Positions 9,882 through 22,780 of a stretch of 64,000 nucleotides of DNA are shown piece after piece. A program made the position numbers and the translations under genes. The stretch is from Lachnospiraceae bacterium. GTDB taxonomy: Bacteria > Bacillota > Clostridia > Lachnospirales > Lachnospiraceae. The stretch lies in contig JAZQQB010000009.1 in assembly GCA_045628865.1 (NCBI GenBank), positions 1 to 64,000 of the forward strand, read 5' to 3'. The notes beneath the pieces are model-generated. The model made no database searches. It was not told the DNA's origin and worked only from the letters and a program-made list of their open reading frames with translations. Numbering within the stretch: position 1 is the first letter of the stretch; every line of letters begins with the position of its first letter.

Positions 9882-10625
9882 ATGAGATTCGTAGCTTTTG
9901 CTTCTTCGGATGAAATGCCATTTATGATCAAAAAAGTATTTTCTTACAATTGCTTTGGACATGATGTATGGATTACAACATCCCATATTTGCTTACTGAT
10001 TGTAGTAGTGTTGCTGATGGCTTTTTGCATTTTTGGTGGAAGAGCTGTTACACGGGCTGCAACAAGTAAAAACAGTGTACCAAAAGGATTTGCTAATGCA
10101 GTAGAGATGATTGTTGAAATGCTTGATAACATGATCAAGGGGACTATGGGGAAGCATGCACCGGTTTTTGCTAATTATATAGGAACCATTTTTATGTTCA
10201 TATTTATTAGTAATATTTCTGGTTTACTTGGTTTAAGACCACCAACAGCAGATTATGGTGTAACTTTACCACTAGGTATTCTGACATTCTGTATGATCCA
10301 TTTTGTGCAGTTTAAGCATCAGAAGCCGAAGGCGATTTGGACAGATTTCTGTTCACCATTGCCACCGTGGTTACCAATTTGGTTGCCAATCAACTTGATC
10401 AGTGAACTTGCAGTACCAATTTCATTGTCATTGCGTTTGTTTGCGAATGTTTTATCTGGAACCATTATGATGGCTCTTATCTACACATTGCTTGGCAAAA
10501 TCGCAATCATTTGGCCAGGTGCATTACATGCATATTTTGATATTTTCTCGGGAGCAATCCAGACGTATGTATTCTGTATGTTAACAATGACATATATTAC
10601 AAACGCTTATGCAGATGAGGAATAA
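9882..10625 (+). CDS. atpB: F0F1 ATP synthase subunit a
   Basis: LSLRLFANVLSGTIMMALIY conserved Arg motif of subunit a. Confidence 0.9.
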   Translation: MRFVAFASSDEMPFMIKKVFSYNCFGHDVWITTSHICLLIVVVLLMAFCIFGGRAVTRAATSKNSVPKGFANAVEMIVEMLDNMIKGTMGKHAPVFANYIGTIFMFIFISNISGLLGLRPPTADYGVTLPLGILTFCMIHFVQFKHQKPKAIWTDFCSPLPPWLPIWLPINLISELAVPISLSLRLFANVLSGTIMMALIYTLLGKIAIIWPGALHAYFDIFSGAIQTYVFCMLTMTYITNAYADEE

Positions 10626-10937
<312 letters not shown>

Positions 10938-10972
10938 GAATGAGGCAAAGAAACTAGAAAGGAGGTAGACGC

Positions 10973-11527
10973 GTGACTATTGCTTATGTAGGCGCAGCGT
11001 TTGCTGAAGCAGATACAAGATTATTCGATCTGGATTTTCAGCTCCTTCATGATTCTGTCCTCACCATCATTGCAGTCATGGCTTTGTTCTTTGTGGCATC
11101 TCATTTCCTGTTTAACCCAGTTAGAAAGGTGTTACAGGATCGTTCAGAGAAAATTCAGAACGATATCAATGCGGCAGCAGTTGATAAAGCAGAAGCGCAG
11201 AAGAGCCGTGCAGAGTATGAGCTCAGACTAAAGGAAGCAGACAAAGAAACGGAAGTCATCTTAAGTGAGGCAAGAAAGAAAGCACTTGCTAATGAAGCGA
11301 AGATTGTGGCAGAAGCAAAAGAGGATGCGGCACGTATCATCGAGCATGCTAACAAAGAAGCAGAACTTGAAAAGCAGAAGGTTGCAGATGAAGTAAAGCA
11401 GGAAATAATTTCTGTAGCTACATTAATGGCTGGAAAGGTTGTTTCTGCGAACCTAACAAAGGATGATCAGGAAAAATTAATCCAGGAAACCTTGAATGAA
11501 ATAGGGGATGAAACATGGCTAAGCTAG
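10973..11527 (+). CDS. atpF: F0F1 ATP synthase subunit b (GTG start)
   Basis: single N-terminal TM then long charged helix; operon position. Confidence 0.85.
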   Translation: MTIAYVGAAFAEADTRLFDLDFQLLHDSVLTIIAVMALFFVASHFLFNPVRKVLQDRSEKIQNDINAAAVDKAEAQKSRAEYELRLKEADKETEVILSEARKKALANEAKIVAEAKEDAARIIEHANKEAELEKQKVADEVKQEIISVATLMAGKVVSANLTKDDQEKLIQETLNEIGDETWLS

Positions 11528-12060
11528 TAACAAAAACTTACGGAAAAGCTTTGCTTGACCTGGCAGTAGAAGAGAACAAGGTGGATGAGCTTTATGAAGA
11601 AGCAAAAGCACTTCTAACTGTTGTTTTGAATAATCCAGATTTGAAATTGTTGATGACACATCCTAAGATTTCAGAACAGGAAAAGTTAGAATCATTAAAT
11701 GCGATTTTCGGTGGGCGTATTTCTAATGAGATGCTTGGATTTTTAAAGATTCTCATTGAGAAAGAACGATTCAAAGAAATAGATGGTGTACTAAACTTTT
11801 TCCTGGATGAAGTGAAAGAAATCAAAGGAATAGGAGTTGCGAAGGTTATCTCAGCTGTTCCATTAAATGTGGTGGAACAAAAGAGAATAGAAGAAAAACT
11901 TTTGGTAACTACCAAATATCAAAGTGTAGAAATCGACTATGAAGTGGATGAGGCTTTGATTGGCGGAATGATCATTCGAATGAAAGATCGAGTCATTGAC
12001 GGAAGTGTTCAAACAAAGATTTCCGAAATGAAAAAGCAATTAATGAAAATTCAGTTATAA
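11515..12060 (+). CDS. atpH: F0F1 ATP synthase subunit delta (OSCP)
   Basis: operon position, 181 aa, OSCP-like sequence. Confidence 0.85.
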   Translation: MAKLVTKTYGKALLDLAVEENKVDELYEEAKALLTVVLNNPDLKLLMTHPKISEQEKLESLNAIFGGRISNEMLGFLKILIEKERFKEIDGVLNFFLDEVKEIKGIGVAKVISAVPLNVVEQKRIEEKLLVTTKYQSVEIDYEVDEALIGGMIIRMKDRVIDGSVQTKISEMKKQLMKIQL

Positions 12061-12080
12061 GAAAAAGAAGAAAGGCGTAG

Positions 12081-13592
<1,512 letters not shown>

Positions 13593-13619
13593 TCTTTGAA
13601 AGGGTTAAGGTGAAGTATT

Positions 13620-14483
13620 ATGGCCTCTATGAGAGACATCAAGAGACGAAAAAGTAGTATTCAAAGTACCCAGCAGATTACGAAAGCCATGAAACTGGTT
13701 TCTACCGTAAAGTTACAGCGTGCAAGACAAAAAGCAGAATCTGCAAAGCCTTACTTTACATGTATGTATGAAACCGTGACAGCAACCCTTGCAAGATGTG
13801 GAGACATTGAACATCCGTTTTTAAAACCAACACCTAATGGAAAAACAGCTATTGTAGCGATCACTTCCAATAGAGGTTTGGCTGGTGGATACAACAACAA
13901 TGTCTGCAAACTGATTACAACGGGTAATTATCCAACGGACGATGTGAACATTTATGCCATTGGTAAAAAAGGTCGAGAAGTTCTTGCAAAAGCAGGTTAT
14001 GATATCAAAAAAGATTATTCTGATATGATAGAAGAACCGCTATACGCAGACGCAATGATCCTTTGCAAGGAATTGTTAGATTCGTATGTGGCAGGTGAAA
14101 TTGATGAAATCGTTTTGGCGTACACATCATTCAAAAATACAGTTGTGCATGAACCTACGCTGTTAAAGCTTCTTCCGGTAGATGCAGATGCGTTAAAAAG
14201 GGATGGAGATAAACAGACAGCACAGGCACTTATGAACTTTGAACCAGAGGAAGAGGAAGCCATTGAGCTTATTATTCCTAAGTATGTCACAAGCTTGATC
14301 TATGGAGCAATGCTTGAGGCTGTTGCAAGTGAAAATGGTGCGAGAATGCAGGCTATGGATAATGCGACAAGCAATGCTGAGGAAATGATCAGCAGTTTAT
14401 CACTGCTATACAATAGAGCTCGTCAGGGATCTATTACACAGGAATTAACAGAAATTATCGCCGGTGCTTCGGCGATTTCATAG
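13620..14483 (+). CDS. atpG: F0F1 ATP synthase subunit gamma
   Basis: MASMRDIKRRKSSIQSTQQITKAMKLVS... gamma N-terminus; 287 aa. Confidence 0.9.
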   Translation: MASMRDIKRRKSSIQSTQQITKAMKLVSTVKLQRARQKAESAKPYFTCMYETVTATLARCGDIEHPFLKPTPNGKTAIVAITSNRGLAGGYNNNVCKLITTGNYPTDDVNIYAIGKKGREVLAKAGYDIKKDYSDMIEEPLYADAMILCKELLDSYVAGEIDEIVLAYTSFKNTVVHEPTLLKLLPVDADALKRDGDKQTAQALMNFEPEEEEAIELIIPKYVTSLIYGAMLEAVASENGARMQAMDNATSNAEEMISSLSLLYNRARQGSITQELTEIIAGASAIS

Positions 14484-14636
14484 AAACAATTTTTCAAAAT
14501 TTACGAAAAAACTGCTCGCAGTTTTATTCGATAAATCTTGAAAAATGTACGAAGATGAGCACGAAATGCGTAGCATGAGAGTGCGAATCTTCGCAGGATT
14601 GCGGGAGTGCTTGCATGGAGCAATCTGTGTTTCTAA

Positions 14637-16064
<1,428 letters not shown>

Positions 16065-16085
16065 GACCTGGCGGGAGGTGGAATC

Positions 16086-16472
16086 ATGAAATGTAAAATC
16101 ATCACACCGGAGCGTCTTTTCTATGAAGGTGACGTTGAAATGGTAGAAATGAATACAACAGAAGGAGAAATCGGTGTATATGAGAAACATATTCCGATGA
16201 CTCTTATCGTTTCTCCAGGAGTACTTACCATTACAGAAAAAAATGGGAAAAAGGAAGCGGCACTTCATGCAGGCTTTGTTCAAATATTAGAAGATTCTGT
16301 TACTATTTTGGCAGAAGCCATAGAGTGGCCAGATGAAATTGATCAAAACAGAGCAGAAGAAGCTAGAAGACGTGCAGAAGCACGTTTGAATAGTCATGAT
16401 GATAATATAGATTATCTGCGTGCAGAGATTGCATTAAAGAAGGCAATCTGTCGAATCAATATGGTAAGATAA
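16086..16472 (+). CDS. atpC: F0F1 ATP synthase subunit epsilon
   Basis: 128 aa, beta-sandwich plus C-terminal helices, last gene of operon. Confidence 0.9.
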   Translation: MKCKIITPERLFYEGDVEMVEMNTTEGEIGVYEKHIPMTLIVSPGVLTITEKNGKKEAALHAGFVQILEDSVTILAEAIEWPDEIDQNRAEEARRRAEARLNSHDDNIDYLRAEIALKKAICRINMVR

Positions 16473-16482
16473 AATGTAACAA

Positions 16483-16517
16483 GGGGACAGGAAATAACCT
16501 GTCCCCTGTAACGTTTT
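16483..16517 (+). terminator. atp operon terminator
   Basis: ggggacagg-aaataa-cctgtcccc hairpin then T-rich. Confidence 0.55.
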
Positions 16518-16536
16518 GAAGAAAGATATGGGGAGC

Positions 16537-17250
16537 ATGATGGAAAGGGATTTGTTTTTGCCAATTAAAAACTACTTCAATGCAAAGGGATATATAGGTG
16601 ATGGTGAAGTAGAAGATATTGACCTTTACATGGAAAAAGAGGATGAAAGCATTGCTGTAGAGTTAAAGCAAACACTTGATTTTAAAGCAGTTCAGCAGGC
16701 TGCACTTCGTCAAAAGGTCACGGAGAGTGTATATATTGGCATCTTTAGACCAAAGGATCTCTTTAAAAGAAGTTTTCAAGATAAAATCTATTTGTTAAAA
16801 AGATTGGGTATTGGTTTGATTGTTGTTTCCAAGAAAACCAAAGAGGTTACAATCGTAAGTGAACCTGTTGTAAGTGAATTATCTGTTTTTCAGTCAAGAA
16901 ATAAAGGTAAGAAAAAGAAGCTTCATACAGAGTTTCAGAAAAGAAAAGCCAAAAATAATATTGGAGGCGTAAGAAGGGAAAAGCTTATTTCCAGCTATCG
17001 GGAGGATGCACTTTTGGTGTTAGATGCTTTGATGGAATTAGGCGGAAATGGTTCTACCAAAAACATAAGAGAGATATCCAAAGTAAAAACCTCTACAAGG
17101 ATTTTGTATGATAATCATTATGGATGGTTTGAAAATGTAGAGAAAGGCCAGTATAAAGTTACTGAGGCTGGATTCGATGCTTTAGAGGAATATGAAAAAA
17201 CCTTGTACATGTTAAAGAAGAAGTCTTTCGAGGTACAAGATAATGAGTAA
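16537..17250 (+). CDS. hypothetical protein: N-terminal restriction-endonuclease-like (PD-(D/E)xK-type) motif + C-terminal winged-helix-like domain
   Basis: D..x..EKEDESIAVELK D/E-K motif arrangement; basic linker; C-terminal helix-rich region; start uncertain (16516-16540). Confidence 0.4.
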   Translation: MMERDLFLPIKNYFNAKGYIGDGEVEDIDLYMEKEDESIAVELKQTLDFKAVQQAALRQKVTESVYIGIFRPKDLFKRSFQDKIYLLKRLGIGLIVVSKKTKEVTIVSEPVVSELSVFQSRNKGKKKKLHTEFQKRKAKNNIGGVRREKLISSYREDALLVLDALMELGGNGSTKNIREISKVKTSTRILYDNHYGWFENVEKGQYKVTEAGFDALEEYEKTLYMLKKKSFEVQDNE

Positions 17251-17309
17251 TCATATAAATTGACACATGAATAGAATAAAATGCATATAGTAAAAGAAAG
17301 AATGAAAAT

Positions 17310-17864
17310 GTGGAGAACAATATGTTTTCTATTGCAAATCAGAATTTATTTTTAACATATCCATTACCAAACTTTCACGAAACAAATCTAATGGACTATA
17401 GTTATTTAGAGGAGTTATATCCAGTAACAATCAAAGTATATCAGATAAAAGTGAAGGAAGCAGTAAATCAGCTGGATTATCCTGGCAGTATGATTTATGA
17501 TGAGTATCCAGATGCATTGAGTTTATATCGAATCGCAAGTCAGATTTCAGATGATATTTTGCTGAATCAGACATTGGAGAAGAAGATAGATGAGGAATTG
17601 CAGGATATGGTATTGCAACAGAAAGAAATAGAAGAAAGAACGAATGAAAAAGGACCTTGTAAGTTGATTGAATTGATACAGGTCCTTTTATATATGGAAA
17701 TTCATAAAAGAAGAGTAGCAAAAAATTCAGTGATGAGTACACCCATTTTTATACCGGAAAATCGAATCATGAGACGTGAATATACAGAAATGAAAGAAGA
17801 TATGACATCGAACTTTAAGAATAAAGTTGAGAAAATAGAAAAAACGTTTTACAATAAAGAGTAA
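17310..17864 (+). CDS. hypothetical protein (184 aa)
   Basis: ORF with RBS, no recognisable domain. Confidence 0.35.
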   Translation: MENNMFSIANQNLFLTYPLPNFHETNLMDYSYLEELYPVTIKVYQIKVKEAVNQLDYPGSMIYDEYPDALSLYRIASQISDDILLNQTLEKKIDEELQDMVLQQKEIEERTNEKGPCKLIELIQVLLYMEIHKRRVAKNSVMSTPIFIPENRIMRREYTEMKEDMTSNFKNKVEKIEKTFYNKE

Positions 17865-17916
17865 TGCGATGAAAAGAGCGTGGAATATGTAACGGGTAAT
17901 TTTTGGAGGAACAGCT

Positions 17917-20469
17917 TTGAAGAAGTGGATCATAAAAACGATCATTTTTATATCAGTCTTTTTGATTTCAGTAATCGTAATCAGTAAGATTATCAATAAA
18001 GGAAACTTAGATTTGACTCGGGAGGTAACAGGAACAAAAAATCCGTGTGCTTATGTTGTCATTGAGGGTGAACGAGCCAATGCCATGTTTGGTTATGCGC
18101 AGACTATGGATACCCAGACCTTAAAGCAGCATATTACACCGATTGGTGAAGACCGTTCCGTTGCATTTGAGGTGGATACTTTTGGAACAAAAATATCCAA
18201 GGTATCTTACGAAGTGAGAAGCGTTGATGGAAAAAGACTGGTAGAAAGCACACAAGTTTATAACTATACCTTGGTGCAGAATTTGTTGAAGATTTATTTT
18301 TCTGTTAAGGATCTGATTTCAGAAAACAATCAGTATACCTTGGTTCTTTTATTGGAAAAAGAAGATGGTGAGGTACTGCGATATTATACAAGAATCATGC
18401 AGACGTCCAATGTACATTTACAGGAGCAGATGGAGTTTGCAAAGGAATTTCATGAGTCTACTTTTGACAAGGATTCTACTGGGATAATTAAGGATCATGT
18501 GGAAAGTAATTACCTTGGAGATAATACAACGTATGCTTATGTCAATATTCATAGTAAGCTTGATCAGATCACATGGGGAGCTCTTCCAATTTCCAATGTA
18601 TCCAAACCAGTATATGAAATTGTGGAGATTGGAAAAGAAACGGCATCTATTGTTATCCGTTATACATTGCAAATAGAGGATAATGGAAAGTACTATACTT
18701 ATCCGGTAGAGGAATATTTTAGAACCAAATATACCACAGACAGAATGTATCTTCTTGCATATGAGAGAAAAATGAATCAATTGATAGAATCTTCAAATCT
18801 TGTTGTTGCTAACGATAAGATTATGCTAGGTATTTCAAATGGAGATGTATCTTTGGTAGAGAATGCATCGGGAACAATCATTGCTTTCTCTGAGAACAAT
18901 GCATTATATAGTTTTTCTGTTTCCGAGAATAAACTGGCTAACATATATACACCATATGAAACAACACAGAGTGATTATCGAACTATTTTTGCAAATCAGC
19001 ATGTTAAGGTCTTATCTATTAGTGAGACTGGTAGTATTGCATACATGATTTATGGACATATGAGCCAGGGAGAACGAGAGGGCTATGTTGGTGTTCAAAT
19101 CCTAAATTATGATAGTATGACCAATACCATAGAGGAAAAGGCATTTATTCCATCTACAAAATCAGAAGAAATTCTTATGGCTGAAATGGAGCAGATGGCA
19201 TATATTAACGTTAACAATGTGGTATTCTTTATTTTAGATAATAATCTGTATAGGGTTGATTTAAATGAAGTTTCAGTAAAGGTAGTTGCCAAGGATCTGC
19301 AACCTATCAATTATGAATGCGCCGAAGATTGCAGCATGATTGTATGGCAGATCAATGAAGATGAGACGGTGGTTGATGATCCATATGCATGCTCAAAGCT
19401 GATACTTTATAATCTTGCAACAGAAGAAAAATCAACAATCCAGGCAGATGAGGATTCCTATATCATGCCATTGGGATTTATGGGAATCGATCTGATTTAT
19501 GGAGAAGCCAAGAAAACAGATATCAGAAAAGAGTATACTGGTCACACCATTTTTCCAATGTACTATTTAAAGATTCAGGATGGAAATGGAAATGTTTTGA
19601 AAGAGTATAAAAAGGATTCTGTATATGTAACAGAGATTAGAATGGAAAATAATCTTATCACATTAAAACGTGTGAAGCCTTTTGATGGACTTGGACCATA
19701 TCAGGAAACAACAGATGATCAGATTATTTGTAGTGAGATTGAATCAACAGGAAAAAATACCTTGATCACGGTTGCAACAGAAAACTATCAAAAAATATAC
19801 GAAATACTGTTAACAAAATCCGTTTCAAAGGACAAAACATTGGTATTAACACCAAAGCAGGTAGTTGTAGAAGCACCTAGAGAAATACTTTTGACACAAG
19901 AGGAAAAAAGTTATGGACGATTTTATGTGTATTCAAAAGATGGTGTGATTGGAATCTATACAGATGAGGCAAAAGCAGTATCACTTGCTGATAGTGTAGC
20001 AGGTGTTGTGACAGATGATACTGGAAAGTATGTATGGAGAAGCGGCAATCGTTTGTTAAGTAATCAGATTATGGCAATTGAAGCTGATAAGGCATCAGAT
20101 TCTAAATCTAGCGCGGCGGTATGTATTGAGTCGATTCTGTCCTTTGAGGGAATCACTCGTAATGCAGAGGTAATGCTTCGTGAAGGTCAGAGTGTTGTAG
20201 AAATCTTAAGTGATCATTTGCCAGAAGGGTGCCAAGTATTGGAATTATCTGGATGTAGTTTAAGCTCTGCATTGTATTATGTTAGTGAGGAGTATCCAGT
20301 AATGGCGGTTATGAAAGACGGAAGTGCAGTTTTGATTGTTGGTTACAATTCACAGAATACAGTAATCTTGGATCCTGCCAAAGGTACCATTGCAAAAAAA
20401 GGAATGAATGATTCCAAACAATGGTTTGAAGAAAATGGAAATGTATTTATTACCTATATTAAGGAGTAA
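17917..20469 (+). CDS. hypothetical N-terminally anchored extracytoplasmic protein (850 aa) with degenerate C39-like peptidase-fold C-terminus
   Basis: TTG start after GGAGGA; single N-terminal TM; C-terminal VLIVGYNSQNTVILDPAKG resembles C39-like domain but no obvious catalytic His. Confidence 0.45.
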   Translation: MKKWIIKTIIFISVFLISVIVISKIINKGNLDLTREVTGTKNPCAYVVIEGERANAMFGYAQTMDTQTLKQHITPIGEDRSVAFEVDTFGTKISKVSYEVRSVDGKRLVESTQVYNYTLVQNLLKIYFSVKDLISENNQYTLVLLLEKEDGEVLRYYTRIMQTSNVHLQEQMEFAKEFHESTFDKDSTGIIKDHVESNYLGDNTTYAYVNIHSKLDQITWGALPISNVSKPVYEIVEIGKETASIVIRYTLQIEDNGKYYTYPVEEYFRTKYTTDRMYLLAYERKMNQLIESSNLVVANDKIMLGISNGDVSLVENASGTIIAFSENNALYSFSVSENKLANIYTPYETTQSDYRTIFANQHVKVLSISETGSIAYMIYGHMSQGEREGYVGVQILNYDSMTNTIEEKAFIPSTKSEEILMAEMEQMAYINVNNVVFFILDNNLYRVDLNEVSVKVVAKDLQPINYECAEDCSMIVWQINEDETVVDDPYACSKLILYNLATEEKSTIQADEDSYIMPLGFMGIDLIYGEAKKTDIRKEYTGHTIFPMYYLKIQDGNGNVLKEYKKDSVYVTEIRMENNLITLKRVKPFDGLGPYQETTDDQIICSEIESTGKNTLITVATENYQKIYEILLTKSVSKDKTLVLTPKQVVVEAPREILLTQEEKSYGRFYVYSKDGVIGIYTDEAKAVSLADSVAGVVTDDTGKYVWRSGNRLLSNQIMAIEADKASDSKSSAAVCIESILSFEGITRNAEVMLREGQSVVEILSDHLPEGCQVLELSGCSLSSALYYVSEEYPVMAVMKDGSAVLIVGYNSQNTVILDPAKGTIAKKGMNDSKQWFEENGNVFITYIKE

Positions 20470-20511
20470 GTATAGAGCTCTGTTGTAAAACAGAGCTCTT
20501 ATCACAAAGAA

Positions 20512-21234
20512 ATGGCACAAAAGAAAACAAAAACAGAGAATCTGATTTTTCACGGATACAAAGTGTTACTTGAACAGAAAAGAATGAAGAATATTTATTT
20601 GAGAGTAAAAGAAAATGGACTGTTACACGTAACAGCCCCTCTTTTTGTGACAAAAGAGGATGTTTTTCACTTTTTAGAAGAAAGACGCGAATGGATTACA
20701 CAACATGTATCAGAAAAAGAAAGAAGAGCTGAACGTGAAGCAAAAAGAGAATATATAACAGGGGAAACGATTTTTTTATGGGGTGAACCTTACAATTTGG
20801 TTGTAGAAGCATACGGAGCAAGAAGTAAAGCTATTATTGACAAGGACAAACTCTTTTTGACAGTGCCACAAGGTGCAACCCTAGAAATGAGAAAAAAGGC
20901 GTTGGAGTTTTTTTTCAAAAAACAAATGGAGGATGCTGTAGAGAGAGCCTTTTTACGGTGGGAGCAGGTGGTTATGAAAAAACATAATGCAGTTACTCTT
21001 CGAAATATGAAAAGCCGATGGGGAAGCTGTAATGTAAAAACAGCTCATATTACATTAAATCTAAGATTAGTAACGAAATCACCAGAGTGTTTGGACTATG
21101 TGGTGGTTCATGAATTAACACATTTATGGGTAGCTAATCATGGACCGGATTTTCATGCAAAAATGGATCAGTTTTATCCAGAATGGAGACGGGTAAGACA
21201 AATCTTGAATACTGAAATTGATGAAGATGAATAA
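20512..21234 (+). CDS. YgjP-like M48-family metallopeptidase (DUF45)
   Basis: C-terminal HELTHL (HExxH) zinc motif in ~240 aa protein with DUF45-like layout. Confidence 0.7.
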   Translation: MAQKKTKTENLIFHGYKVLLEQKRMKNIYLRVKENGLLHVTAPLFVTKEDVFHFLEERREWITQHVSEKERRAEREAKREYITGETIFLWGEPYNLVVEAYGARSKAIIDKDKLFLTVPQGATLEMRKKALEFFFKKQMEDAVERAFLRWEQVVMKKHNAVTLRNMKSRWGSCNVKTAHITLNLRLVTKSPECLDYVVVHELTHLWVANHGPDFHAKMDQFYPEWRRVRQILNTEIDEDE

Positions 21235-21272
21235 GGGTGTTATTTACAAACAATTATTTGGAGGGAAAAAGA

Positions 21273-22661
21273 GTGACACAGCAAAAGAAATGGATAGAAA
21301 GAATCATTTTGATTATATACATTGCAGGATACTTATCTATGAGTATAACGCTGGCAATCTATCAGCCACATATCGACCATGTGTCAGTACAGGAATTGAG
21401 TCCACCGGATGAAGCTTCAAGGATCTTGGTACCAATGTATATATGTAAGCATGGAACGCTACCAACTGGATTTGAAGAGGAGGTGCGAATTGCACCATAT
21501 GGCTTTTCCTATGCTCTGTACAATGTATTTCCTTATATTGTGCAGGGATATGCAATGAGAGCAGCCATTGGTTTTACGGATTCCTTTGAAATGCTTTTGT
21601 ATACAGGAAGATTTGTGAATGTGATTTTTGGAAGCATTATGTGTATTGTTGTATATTTACTTGGAAAAGCAGCTTTTACAGATCAAAGATTTCGTTGGAT
21701 ATTTTGTTTTGGGGTAAGCTATTTGCCACAGGCGTTATTTGTGCATACCTATATCAATACAGATTCTTGTGCCATGCTTTCAACAGCAATGATCACATAT
21801 GGGTTGTATAGAGCATATCAGGATAGATTTAATGTAAGAAATTCATTGTGGATTGCATTTGGAATCATTTTGTGTTCTTTATCCTACTACAATGCATATG
21901 GATATATTTTATGCAGTATCCTTTTGTTTTTTGGAGCATATGTGAAAAAAGAAAATAAAAAAATTCAGTATGAATGGAGAAAGATGTTACCCCTTTGTGG
22001 ATTGATTACTGGAGTGGTTTTATTGGGAGCTGGCTGGTGGTTTATCAGAGCATTTATCTTATTGGATGGAGATATTTTGGGACTATCTACATTGACAAAA
22101 ATGAAGGATCTTTACGGTGATGTTTCCATTACATACGCTGCCACTTATAAAGCTAGAGGAATCAGTATTATTACCATGATTAAGGAAAATCATTTTTTTA
22201 CCTGTGCATATCAGTCTTTTATTGCTGCATTTGGTTCATTGTGTATTCTTCCATATGGATGGGTATATCAGTTTTATAAATTGTTTTTTGGAGTTGGTGT
22301 GCTCAGCTGGTGTATTGCACTTGGAACACAGAGAAATTTAAGAATGTTAAATGGAAAACGAATCTTTTTTCACTGTAATATGATTTTATGTATTGTGATA
22401 CCTTTGGTATTGCTGATTCGCTATGCATATACCATGGATTATCAGGCACAGGGCAGATATCTGTTACCTGCGCTGGTTCCTGTGATGTATTATATGGCAA
22501 AAGGTTATGAGCATGCTAGTAACACAGAAATAGCTGGGAAAAAAATTTCTCAAAAAGTTATAACCGTAGCGAGCGTTGTGTTGGTTGGTATGATGGTGGT
22601 AAGCTGTGCTACTACAGTTTTCGTAAGGGCTTTGCCAATGTATTTAAAAATTAAATTGTAA
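21273..22661 (+). CDS. polytopic integral membrane protein, possibly GT-C-type glycosyltransferase (PMT/ArnT-like)
   Basis: ~12 predicted TM helices; GTG start after GGAGGG RBS; family assignment is tentative. Confidence 0.4.
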   Translation: MTQQKKWIERIILIIYIAGYLSMSITLAIYQPHIDHVSVQELSPPDEASRILVPMYICKHGTLPTGFEEEVRIAPYGFSYALYNVFPYIVQGYAMRAAIGFTDSFEMLLYTGRFVNVIFGSIMCIVVYLLGKAAFTDQRFRWIFCFGVSYLPQALFVHTYINTDSCAMLSTAMITYGLYRAYQDRFNVRNSLWIAFGIILCSLSYYNAYGYILCSILLFFGAYVKKENKKIQYEWRKMLPLCGLITGVVLLGAGWWFIRAFILLDGDILGLSTLTKMKDLYGDVSITYAATYKARGISIITMIKENHFFTCAYQSFIAAFGSLCILPYGWVYQFYKLFFGVGVLSWCIALGTQRNLRMLNGKRIFFHCNMILCIVIPLVLLIRYAYTMDYQAQGRYLLPALVPVMYYMAKGYEHASNTEIAGKKISQKVITVASVVLVGMMVVSCATTVFVRALPMYLKIKL

Positions 22662-22668
22662 ATAAATG

Positions 22669-22706
22669 GCAATATTTGATAAGTTGGTAGCAATATTTGA
22701 TAAGTT
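22669..22706. promoter_or_regulatory. 17-bp direct repeat gcaatatttgataagtt x2 (21-bp period) upstream of GH30 gene
   Basis: exact duplication seen in sequence at 22669-22685 and 22690-22706. Confidence 0.4.
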
Positions 22707-22780
22707 TATATATTACGGAAATATTACGATAAACAAGTAACTTAATAACAAAATCATACAAAATAATTGGGAGAAAAAGT

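Noticed and set aside
20471-20500. Hairpin agagctctgtt-gtaaa-acagagctct after the 850-aa gene
   Set aside because: Good stem but no downstream T-run; may be a weak terminator or nothing, not enough to call.
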